IMG/VR virus record: IMGVR_UViG_3300013103_000007
Length of the DNA: 64,000 nucleotides
Source of the DNA: an uncultured virus (IMG/VR IMGVR_UViG_3300013103_000007)
Taxonomy: Duplodnaviria > Heunggongvirae > Uroviricota > Caudoviricetes
Strand: one strand, 5' to 3'
Position numbers and translations under genes: made by a program. The notes under the pieces were generated by a model, which made no database searches, was not told the DNA's origin, and was given only the letters and a program-made list of their open reading frames with translations. Positions within the stretch are counted from its first letter, which is position 1, and every line of letters begins with the position of its first letter. Shown in pieces: positions 20,368 through 29,421 of the stretch.

Positions 20368-21228
20368 TTATACTTGCCACAAATCTGTATCAAGTTTAAA
20401 ATATGACAAATAACGAATTGGGTGACGAAATATTTCTTTTCTCGTTGCATCTTTGCCACGCCTGAGAGACCACCAAGATAAAGCAACACAGCCAAGTTTC
20501 TGATTGATTTGTAACCGCTTGGTGCAATCCTGTGTAGCTTTACCAAGCCGGTCTCGAATTATTTCACGGGAATCATTATCATCCAGACCTTCCCCAGTTA
20601 AAAAGGGCTCAACCCATGATTGGGCGAAATCCGCATCATGACAATGCATTCTATAATATGCCCATGCTAAAGGCCCCCTTGAAAACTGCAAAGTATTGCC
20701 GGTTGCAAATGTAGCTATGTATTCACATGCTTCCCGCATTAATATATTGCTTTCAATTTCCTCAATGATTTGTTGTTGGCTTGGTCGGATAGTTGACCCT
20801 TGAGGAAGACGTCCGACTTGTCGAAAAACCAAATCATAACGACTACAAATTTCAAATATTCCTGATAGTCTTCCTGTATATCCCATGAATTGAAATGTAT
20901 GCGCCGGTGTTCTTGCTGTTACGTTATCAATTGTGTGGTAACTGCCCTCTGGAACACCACGAATAATGGTCATCTGAACTTTTTTTCCAGCTTTTATTAT
21001 AGCATTTAATCGCCGCTTACCGTTTATGACTTTCCCCATTTCATTGATAATAATGGCTTCTCCATTTATCACAAACTCATCCCTGGTCATTGCAGCAGCC
21101 ATGTTTTCAATGTGGTAATTCTTAAATTTTCGAACTACGATACATTGCTGCAATAATTCTGCAGCTTCGCTGGGTCCAACCCACAACGTTTCGATCTGTA
21201 ATTCTGGTAATTCGTATAAATCATTCAT
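20368..21228 (-). CDS. ParB-like paralog with degenerate motif
   Basis: Same layout as neighbour; INGKRRLNAI in place of DGQHR. Confidence 0.65.
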   Translation of the reverse strand: MNDLYELPELQIETLWVGPSEAAELLQQCIVVRKFKNYHIENMAAAMTRDEFVINGEAIIINEMGKVINGKRRLNAIIKAGKKVQMTIIRGVPEGSYHTIDNVTARTPAHTFQFMGYTGRLSGIFEICSRYDLVFRQVGRLPQGSTIRPSQQQIIEEIESNILMREACEYIATFATGNTLQFSRGPLAWAYYRMHCHDADFAQSWVEPFLTGEGLDDNDSREIIRDRLGKATQDCTKRLQINQKLGCVALSWWSLRRGKDATRKEIFRHPIRYLSYFKLDTDLWQV

Positions 21229-21239
21229 ACTGCCCCTCC

Positions 21240-21575
21240 TTAATTAGGGTTTAGGTGATCCATTGATGAAATATCAACAACGATTAAATCACTCGGATCG
21301 TCTTTGTCTTTCAATATAGCCTTTAATTTATCATTCGATAAAACACAATCATTCCCAACGGACGTAATCTTCCCATCTTCAAATAAAGTTATCCAACCTT
21401 TATTTACATCAAGGTACGCTTCACAACGGTCTCCAGCGCTGTTTATAAAATGACCTTGATAAGACCATTTAAAATCAGATTCTGGATCTAACTTGTTAAA
21501 TGCGTGGCTGTGTATAGGCCACAAATTTTTAATTTGCTCCTTTACATGTATCATAATCATATTATAAACCCCCAC
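21240..21575 (-). CDS. Hypothetical protein
   Basis: ORF in minus-strand operon. Confidence 0.55.
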   Translation of the reverse strand: MGVYNMIMIHVKEQIKNLWPIHSHAFNKLDPESDFKWSYQGHFINSAGDRCEAYLDVNKGWITLFEDGKITSVGNDCVLSNDKLKAILKDKDDPSDLIVVDISSMDHLNPN

Positions 21576-22120
21576 TTCTTTTCTGCATTTTCAAGATGTT
21601 GGATGATTTCAGCATCCAAAGCTATTGCGCCATCTTCAAATATTACATGTTGTTTATATTGCAATAAAGGATGAGACTTAGATGCCATAATACTTGGTTC
21701 CCATCCCGTTACAAATGGCCCAATTGAATCTTTGGTATTTTCACCAATGTGAATCATACCAGGTAATCCCATATCCAAAATAATATCATCAACTGCCAGC
21801 CATGCATGATATTCATATGGGGGGATGTATTCACACCCGTAGTTTGATAACCCATCCGTTGCATAAATGTAAAACGATCCATAACATAATGAACTTGTTA
21901 TATTAAGTTTCTTTAAAATCAAATGGGCGATAATACTTTTTAATGCACAAACTGAATGTAATGGCAAACCAGCATAACTTTTAATTATACTTGTGATTAT
22001 ACCATTTAGAATATCATCAACAATATAATTGCCGGATGTTATTATTTTGTAGTGTTCACCCCCAGTTAAGATTGGGTTCTCAACATCAGAGAATTTACAC
22101 ATCGTTTGTGAAATGCCCAT
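21557..22120 (-). CDS. Hypothetical protein with possible transglutaminase-like C/H/D triad
   Basis: SVC...YHAWL...ILD. Confidence 0.5.
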   Translation of the reverse strand: MGISQTMCKFSDVENPILTGGEHYKIITSGNYIVDDILNGIITSIIKSYAGLPLHSVCALKSIIAHLILKKLNITSSLCYGSFYIYATDGLSNYGCEYIPPYEYHAWLAVDDIILDMGLPGMIHIGENTKDSIGPFVTGWEPSIMASKSHPLLQYKQHVIFEDGAIALDAEIIQHLENAEKKWGFII

Positions 22121-22848
22121 TATTTATCATCCCAAAACGTAATATAATTAGCGGTTATATATTTTTTAAGGCGTGTTGTCATTTTCATTTTTATTAATTC
22201 TTCTGCATATTTTATAGGCATCGGAAATAAATATGGTATGTATTCTTTGATGATGTTTAACGCTACTTGAACTTCATCTTGATTTTGGTGACGATGCCAC
22301 CAAATACCACGTTTTATCCCGTCGCCACCTGAAAATGTATCATACTGTCGAAAGAATGATCGTTGCTTCAATAGTTTTCTTTGTTCATCTTTATTAACCA
22401 TTAATGCTACAAACCAAAATGCCGGAAAATATGAATACAAATATCCAGATTTTGTTATGTTATGTTTTGATAAAACACTTATTGGGTTAGAGGTTGTTGC
22501 CTCTTCGCACATTTCGATTAAAAATTCCATATTTTTAACAAATACTTTAATAGCATTATATAGATCATATGGTATATTGGTATAATGAATATCATTGGAA
22601 AATGGATCATCTATTTCCTTTGCACCTATTTTAATTGGTTCTTCATCAATGCCATTCATAAGCAATGTTAAATCTTTATCACCAATTTCAAATGAGCCAT
22701 CTATGTAATCAAATTCTGCTGGTAGAGCAAGGGCATCGTTATTAATGTATAACCCTTTTAATTTCTCTAAGAATTGTTTTTTATCTGTTGCGGGAATTAA
22801 TACCTCCCCACAAACAGACCAAGTTACTGGAACTTTAAATAATTTCAT
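22120..22848 (-). CDS. Hypothetical protein
   Basis: ORF coupled to neighbours by stop/start overlap. Confidence 0.6.
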   Translation of the reverse strand: MKLFKVPVTWSVCGEVLIPATDKKQFLEKLKGLYINNDALALPAEFDYIDGSFEIGDKDLTLLMNGIDEEPIKIGAKEIDDPFSNDIHYTNIPYDLYNAIKVFVKNMEFLIEMCEEATTSNPISVLSKHNITKSGYLYSYFPAFWFVALMVNKDEQRKLLKQRSFFRQYDTFSGGDGIKRGIWWHRHQNQDEVQVALNIIKEYIPYLFPMPIKYAEELIKMKMTTRLKKYITANYITFWDDK

Positions 22849-25058
22849 TTTTTCTCCTTTATTATTTGCAAAATTGATGTTCTTCTATCATCAACCTCGA
22901 CCGTCATAATAGCCTTATTTAAAGCTTTGTATTCGCCAATTACAAAGGCTGTTTTTTTCGCCCTTGTTACAGCAGTATAAATCAAATTACGATGAAGCAT
23001 TCTCCAATTTTGAGAATGCATTACAATAATAACACAAGGGTATTCGCTACCTTGTGTTTTATGTATTGTTAATACATAAGCCAGTTCAACATTTAATAAT
23101 TTAGCATCACTTCTTTTGAAGAATATCAACTCATCTTCAAATTGGATTTCAACACCATTTTTATTTGATGTTGTTACACGCCCAATTTCACCATTCATTA
23201 TGCTTAATTCATAATCATTAACCATTTGTATTACCCGGTCATGTTTATAAAAATTAGGTCTACCCTTATCGGTTTTAGGGCGTTCTGTATCTACATCGAA
23301 TAACATTTTTTGAACACATTCTTGAACAACTAAATTTAATTCTCGAACACCAGTTTCACCATTTTTCATAGGTGTAATAATTTGAACATCATTTAATGGG
23401 TCAAACGATATTCGTCTTATTTCTCTGATGATATTAAGAATATATTGTTGAAGATCATAGGCTCTTACACCATCCTCAAAAGGAATTGAATACCATTCTT
23501 TTCGACCAAATTTGTCAACCTCTGTTGTTGTAGGTAACAACTGACCATCTAAAATCGAAACTGAATTTTTCTTTAACTCTCCAGCTTGTCTTACAATTTG
23601 GGTTAATTCTGAAACATTATCTAATTTGAATTGTGGATCTTTATTCATATTAATAATATCTCTTAAAACATTTCCCGGACCAACTGGTGGTAATTGATTG
23701 TGATCACCAACGCATATTAAAACTGCTTTATCGCCCATTGCACTCATTAAGTGGTATGCTAAATTAATATCAACCATTGAAAATTCATCAATGATTACGA
23801 CATCAACATCCAATCGTTCATCTTTGTTATATAAAAATGTAATTGAGTTGGAGCCTAATAATCTATGAATTGTAAATGCATCTTCTCCAACAACTTCTTT
23901 AATGCGCTTTGCTGCTCGGCCGGTCGGTGACGCTAATTCAACATTTAAACCAATGCTGGTAAAAATTCGATATAAAGTTTTGATAACGTAAGTTTTACCA
24001 GTTCCTGCTTTACCGGTGATTATTGAAAATTGATTTTCCAATACTTTCTTCACCGTAGCTAATTGGTCGTCATTCAAAAATTCACCATATTTTTCTGGCT
24101 TCATAGCTTTTGAATATTTCATCTTTTTTGTTCCTTTGGATAAAATAAAATCAGCTACAAATTTTTCATGGTGATTGGTGTAGTTTAAACTAACTCTACC
24201 ATAATTTACCACAAAACCATTCTTAGGAGTTTTCAAAAAATCAATTATAATTGTTTTGTTTATTCCTAATAAAGCATATGAATTATGGGCGACATCATCA
24301 ATGCTACTCCAACAATGACCTTGCTGAACATCGATATTTAAAACGTATTCGACTCCGGCCTTGATACGTTTTAAACTATCCAGTGTAAATCCAGACAATT
24401 TTTGAGCAATAGCGTCTACCGTTAAAAATCCCATTCTTTCAATTTTTTCAATTAGTATGTATGGGTTCTTTTCAACTTCAATCACGCTTTTATCACCAAA
24501 CTCTTTGAAGATTTTTACACACTGGTTGAATGTGAAACCCATCTCCGAAAGATGGATGATTACTTTGTTGTACAGCTTGGCATTATCCCAAACTGTTTTT
24601 AGATTTGTAATAACATCCTTGGAGATTCTGGTTTCTCTTATAAGACCATTTTCATCATTATACAAAACATCCTCAAAATTATCACCACAATAGTCAGCGA
24701 TGCGTGTTGCTTTAACTTTTCCAATGCCAACTATATCAGGATGATTTTGTAAAAAATCAATTAAACCATCACGATCCAGTTTGTTTGATTTTGCGGCAGA
24801 TTCGATAATAAACTGGCGCTGGTCATACTTTCTATTGGTTTCCCAATGTCCTGTTATAATAAGTGGCACATCACAATCAACTGGAAAATGTGCAACTGAT
24901 GTAAAATAATTCTTAGCAGAATCTGGATCTGATTCTGCTTTCATAAATTCAAAAATTCCCACATTAAAGTTTTCGGAGGTGAAAAATAATTTTATATATT
25001 TTCCTTCATATTCTTTTCTCTCATTCATTGTTGTTTCTTCGAACAATGGAAGTGTCAT
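22845..25058 (-). CDS. recD2: RecD2-like SF1B DNA helicase
   Basis: HhH GIGKVKA, NPY, GKAGTGKT, ASPTGRAAKR, TIHRLL, IIDEFSMVD, GDHNQLPPVGPG, TIHKTQGSEY, YTAVTRAK. Confidence 0.92.
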   Translation of the reverse strand: MTLPLFEETTMNERKEYEGKYIKLFFTSENFNVGIFEFMKAESDPDSAKNYFTSVAHFPVDCDVPLIITGHWETNRKYDQRQFIIESAAKSNKLDRDGLIDFLQNHPDIVGIGKVKATRIADYCGDNFEDVLYNDENGLIRETRISKDVITNLKTVWDNAKLYNKVIIHLSEMGFTFNQCVKIFKEFGDKSVIEVEKNPYILIEKIERMGFLTVDAIAQKLSGFTLDSLKRIKAGVEYVLNIDVQQGHCWSSIDDVAHNSYALLGINKTIIIDFLKTPKNGFVVNYGRVSLNYTNHHEKFVADFILSKGTKKMKYSKAMKPEKYGEFLNDDQLATVKKVLENQFSIITGKAGTGKTYVIKTLYRIFTSIGLNVELASPTGRAAKRIKEVVGEDAFTIHRLLGSNSITFLYNKDERLDVDVVIIDEFSMVDINLAYHLMSAMGDKAVLICVGDHNQLPPVGPGNVLRDIINMNKDPQFKLDNVSELTQIVRQAGELKKNSVSILDGQLLPTTTEVDKFGRKEWYSIPFEDGVRAYDLQQYILNIIREIRRISFDPLNDVQIITPMKNGETGVRELNLVVQECVQKMLFDVDTERPKTDKGRPNFYKHDRVIQMVNDYELSIMNGEIGRVTTSNKNGVEIQFEDELIFFKRSDAKLLNVELAYVLTIHKTQGSEYPCVIIVMHSQNWRMLHRNLIYTAVTRAKKTAFVIGEYKALNKAIMTVEVDDRRTSILQIIKEKK

Positions 25059-25155
25059 AACATTTACCTTTTATTAAAAATTAAAATTTATTCTTCTGGT
25101 ATTTAATATATATAGTAAAAAAAGATCCTGTGGAAGCAATCTTTTTTCTGATCCA

Positions 25156-25296
25156 TTATTTAAATGAATTGACAAACTTTTTAACATGAGGTGTTGGTTT
25201 CCCTGCCTCACTCTCAATTTTCTTGAGAGTTTTCAGCGCCCGATGGGATACTGAAATTGCGGCAACCCCAAAAATTATTACATAAATAGCAACCAT
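25156..25296 (-). CDS. Small membrane protein (46 aa, not in ORF track)
   Basis: AGGAGG RBS; MVAIYVIIFGVAAISV hydrophobic N-terminus. Confidence 0.5.
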   Translation of the reverse strand: MVAIYVIIFGVAAISVSHRALKTLKKIESEAGKPTPHVKKFVNSFK

Positions 25297-25331
25297 AAAT
25301 ATCGCCTCCTTTGCGGTTTTTAATATTTAAT

Positions 25332-25835
25332 TTAATTTAAATGTCCAGAACCTGTCTTGCTACTATCACCATAATAATGATTTATAGAACTTTCATTCAC
25401 TCCAAATGGATTGTCATTTGCGGCAAGGACTTGGGCCATCCCATTCCCATACGCATTTTTCATAGCTAATTCAATAATATGTTTACACCATGAATTTACT
25501 ATTCTTTTCTCGTATTTTTCTTCTGGGTGCTGGTCAAACGCCACCGCCAATTCTCCAGTTTTAACGAAAATTAAATTAGATATATTTTTCATTATGATGG
25601 TTTTCTCTGAATCTCCTTCTTCAAAAGCATCTTCTAATGCTTTTACAAATTTTCGGGCAACACAATCTGCCCGCTGTGTGCTTCTCATACTCGGGGCTGG
25701 GCCAAATCTAAGTTGACTCATAGTTATTTGGGACGCCCCCATTTCACTGGCAAATGAATCTATTGGGTTATTTGTGATAAAGCAAACACAAAAAAACATT
25801 GCAACCAACATCATTAAATCATTTAACATTTTCAT
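25332..25835 (-). CDS. Hypothetical protein with signal/TM N-terminus
   Basis: AAGGAG RBS; hydrophobic N-terminus. Confidence 0.6.
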   Translation of the reverse strand: MKMLNDLMMLVAMFFCVCFITNNPIDSFASEMGASQITMSQLRFGPAPSMRSTQRADCVARKFVKALEDAFEEGDSEKTIIMKNISNLIFVKTGELAVAFDQHPEEKYEKRIVNSWCKHIIELAMKNAYGNGMAQVLAANDNPFGVNESSINHYYGDSSKTGSGHLN

Positions 25836-25979
25836 AACTTTCTCCTTTTAAATTTTATTGAAAATTTATATCCCATGTATAAAAAGTAAACAATTTCTTT
25901 TATTAATAATTAATATATATAGCTATGATTATTTATTAATATTAAAAAGATTTATGAAAAAAATAAGAACATATATTTG

Positions 25980-26180
25980 AATAGGTGCTGCGAGTGCTTG
26001 TTCCTCCTTGTTTAGGAATCATGAAATGATTTGGCCCACTTCATGATTCCGCTTTATTCACCCACAACGTCATCCTGGAAAAACAATATTGAATTAAAGG
26101 CCCTTCTCTCCTTTAATTCAATAAAGGTTTTGCACGAACCTCTATTTAATTCATAATCAGGATGCCGTTGTGGGTGTCTT
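25980..26180 (+). ncRNA. Candidate structured non-coding RNA
   Basis: Stems 26015-26025/26040-26050, 26059-26077/26158-26176 and 26087-26100/26110-26123, just downstream of a GAACATA motif; no ORF. Confidence 0.5.
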
Positions 26181-26190
26181 ACGTGATTTT

Positions 26191-26400
26191 TTAAATGGCA
26201 CAATCACTCATGGTACCATTATATGACATGAGGTAATACCCATGGCAATAAACATTCTTGCTATGCTTAAGCTTACCACCTTTCGGTAACAATACTTCTG
26301 AATAACCGCAACAACCACATTTCTGCATTTCACCTGTTGTCATTCCAATTTTCTTCAAAATGGCAGTTGCTTTTTGGGGAGAAATATCTACGATCTTCAT
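26191..26400 (-). CDS. Small hypothetical protein
   Basis: ORF overlapping the stop codon of the upstream gene. Confidence 0.5.
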   Translation of the reverse strand: MKIVDISPQKATAILKKIGMTTGEMQKCGCCGYSEVLLPKGGKLKHSKNVYCHGYYLMSYNGTMSDCAI

Positions 26401-27032
26401 TACTTCACCTCACAATACAATAATATATCATTATGAGCTTCCTTAATTTTATTAATATATCTCGGCGAAGCCTTACCAAAATATTTCTTTGCTAAAAATT
26501 TGTAATCTGGGGATAATGGATCAACTCCCCATTTTTTCAATAATTGGATTGCCACCCATATATTAATAGGTGGTGAAAATAAATCTTCCCTTGTGATTTT
26601 GAATTCCTCACAATGTATTGGATTAATTTGCATCAAACCAATACAATCCAATTTTGAAACTGCAGATTTGTCAAATGCAGATTCAATTTCTGCTATTGCT
26701 AAAATCAATGGCCCATCAAAATGCCGACACGCAATTTCAACAATCGCGTCTATTTCTGAGTCGTGTAATGGATTACTCCAATTATTATTTTTGTCAACCC
26801 ATCTCTTCATTAGACTTTTTCTTGTTATCCATTTTTTATCAACCATAACATCATGATTGATTTTTTCCTTCTGATAATTTAATAGCTCAACCAGTTTTTT
26901 ATTCTCTTCTTGTAGCTGATTGATTGTTACAACAAACTTTTTCTGTCTATTATTTCCCCATACCGTTATGCCACAAAACATAAGGGCCCAGAAAATAATC
27001 ATTACAACAAATTTAACCATATGCATTTTCAT
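26400..27032 (-). CDS. Lytic transglycosylase (SLT domain) with N-terminal membrane anchor
   Basis: LAIAEIESAFDKSAVS...GLMQI...NI motifs; N-terminal TM segment. Confidence 0.88.
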   Translation of the reverse strand: MKMHMVKFVVMIIFWALMFCGITVWGNNRQKKFVVTINQLQEENKKLVELLNYQKEKINHDVMVDKKWITRKSLMKRWVDKNNNWSNPLHDSEIDAIVEIACRHFDGPLILAIAEIESAFDKSAVSKLDCIGLMQINPIHCEEFKITREDLFSPPINIWVAIQLLKKWGVDPLSPDYKFLAKKYFGKASPRYINKIKEAHNDILLYCEVK

Positions 27033-27155
27033 TTTTTACATTCTCCGATTGTGTTTAATTGTTTACAATATTATTATCATAGATTAATATATATAGCAAT
27101 TTACAAAAAAAGACACTTTTTAAGGTGTCTTTTTCGATTGAAAATTGGCATATTA

Positions 27156-27764
27156 TCAAATTACAATATGCCAATTTCTATGCTCCGTTTCAACCATATG
27201 CTGCGAATAATTCGGACCAGGAATATCAAGCATCATTTCAACCTCAGTTATGAATTCTTTAGCTTCCCCGAAGCATCTGAACTTTACATCTATGTTATCG
27301 TTTTCAATTTCATAGAAAATGTCGGTATCTACCAACATGCCCTCAATGATATTTTTTTGAGAAATATCATTGCATGTTATTTTTACATAAAAGAATGATG
27401 CCATAACATGATCTTCCGGGGTGATATTTGCATCTTTTTTAATATCCATTCTACATGGGTTAATTGCAGATGTAATCTTTACAATATTTACATTTCTTTT
27501 TGGAATAACAGAAAATTCATTATCCGGAATATTACTTTTTTGATATGTATCGGGTGTGCTTTCTGAAACAATTTTTCGCCCCATGTGTTCCCAACCATCC
27601 TTAATGTGAATATCTGTATCACCGGCTAAAACAATTCTATAAAATGTTTTAGATTCAATCGAATCTATTTTTACATCTTTCTTTAAAACATATCTTTTCA
27701 AGCCATCTTCAATAGCTTGCCCTTCCGCAATTAACAATACGGCTTTTTGATTTGAGTAAATCAT
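27156..27764 (-). CDS. Hypothetical protein directly downstream of the repeat array
   Basis: AAGGAG RBS lies right at the array end. Confidence 0.65.
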   Translation of the reverse strand: MIYSNQKAVLLIAEGQAIEDGLKRYVLKKDVKIDSIESKTFYRIVLAGDTDIHIKDGWEHMGRKIVSESTPDTYQKSNIPDNEFSVIPKRNVNIVKITSAINPCRMDIKKDANITPEDHVMASFFYVKITCNDISQKNIIEGMLVDTDIFYEIENDNIDVKFRCFGEAKEFITEVEMMLDIPGPNYSQHMVETEHRNWHIVI

Positions 27765-27781
27765 TTTTTTCTCCTTTGGTT

Positions 27782-29375
27782 AAGTTCATTAATGTGATGT
27801 GGGTTTCTTATCTGACCTGATTCATTTTTTTCAAATGGGTTTCTAGGTGTGGATGATTCATTTCATAGGTCTGGGTTTCTACAACATCGTGATTCATTTT
27901 CCTCTCCTGGGTTTCTTTGCCCCCTTGATTCATTATTTTTGAGTGGGTTTCTTGTTTTTTATGATTCATTATCTTTGAGTGGGTTTCTTGTTTTTTATGA
28001 TTCATTTTTTTCAAATGGGTTTCTAGGTGTTGATGATTCATTATGGCAACATGGGTTCCTGGTAAACCTTGATTCATTGTTCTTGTCTGGGTTTCTATAT
28101 GTTGATGATTCATTTCCAACTTCTGGGTTTCTCTTTGATTCTGATTTATTTTACCCTGGCGGGTTTCTGAATTTTTCCGATACATTATTGTTTCATGGAT
28201 TTCTTGCCGTTTGTAATACAATAGATATTCATGGGTTTCTTGATTTTCGTGATTCATTTCCCTTCTGTGGGTTTCTGCAACATTTAGATTCATTTCACCA
28301 GTTTGGGTTTCTAAATCGGCATGATTCATTTTTACGTCATGGGCTTCTAATATCTAATGATACATTCAATCTTATTGGGTTTCTAACTTGTCAAGATTCA
28401 CTTCTTCTTTGTGGGTTTCTAGGAGTTGATGATTCATTCTTTCTTATTGGGTTTCTGTCCGGTTATGATACATTGCCGGCCTGTGGGTTTCTTGATGGGT
28501 ATGATACATTGTTTTGCTATGGGTTTCTAGATGTTGCTGATACATTATTTCTTATTGGGTTTCTTTTTTTGTGGTGATTCATTGTATAGAAGAGGGTTTC
28601 TCGCCGGCTATGATACATTGTCCGTACATGGGTTTCTCGAGGATTATGATACATTTTCTCACGTAGGGTTTCTGTTGGGAAGTGACTCATTTATCCTTTG
28701 TGGATTTCTGCAATCTGATAATTCATTTCCAGCTCCTGGGTTTCTCTTGGATTCTGATTCATTTTCTTACATAGGGTTTCTATTCCATCTTGATTCATTA
28801 CAATTGCAAGGGTTTCTTCTATATTGTGATTCATTAAGATATTCTGGGTTTCTTTGACACGCTGATTCATTCTTTCTTATTGGGTTTCTACCCGGTTATG
28901 ATACACTGTTTGGCAATGGGTTTCTTGGTCTTGCTGATTCATTTCCCTTCAATGGGTTTCTTTTTTCTCCTGATTCACTTTTTCATTATGGGTTTCTAGG
29001 GGAAACTGATTCATTACAATGAACAGGGTTTCTTTAAGGTTGTGATTCATTGTCGATATCTGGATTTCTCATAGGTGTTGATTCACTTTTTGATGATGGG
29101 TTTCTATAAGTGGATGGTACATTTTTTCATGCTGGGTTTCTGGTTTATGGTGATTCATTAAAAGGTCTTGGTTTTCTTTTTTATCCTGATTCATTTGATG
29201 TTTCTGGGTTTCTAGGTCTTTGTGATTCACTTTTATATAATGGGTTTCTTATGATGCATGGTTCATTTATGAATCTTGGATTTCTAATTTTCATCGATTC
29301 ATTAAATTCCTGTGGGTTTCTTCAATCTGGAGATTCATTAACATTATGTGGGTTTCTTGTTCATTGTGATTAATT
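27782..29375 (-). repeat. TIGR-like array: 44 units of 36 nt with two alternating 9-nt repeats and two 9-nt spacers (guide-RNA array)
   Basis: Plus strand [TGATTCATT-N9-TGGGTTTCT-N9]n; minus strand AATGAATCA-N9-AGAAACCCA-N9. First TGGGTTTCT at 27800, last at 29349 (43x36+1). Confidence 0.92.
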
Positions 29376-29409
29376 GGGTGCGTTAAAATAAATTCTTTTA
29401 ACGCACCCA
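29375..29409. other. 14-bp perfect hairpin between the Tas-like gene and the array
   Basis: TGGGTGCGTTAAAA-7 nt-TTTTAACGCACCCA. Confidence 0.75.
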
Positions 29410-29421
29410 CCCAAAATCAAA

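Noticed and set aside
27808..29373. ORFs 27808-28329(-), 27849-28577(+), 28531-28857(+) and 29110-29373(+) as repeat proteins
   Set aside because: By-products of a 36-nt (multiple of 3) period; frames break and contain stops across the array, and conservation is in fixed nucleotide blocks
27782..29375. CRISPR array
   Set aside because: Repeats and spacers are only 9 nt with two alternating repeats; no cas genes recognised
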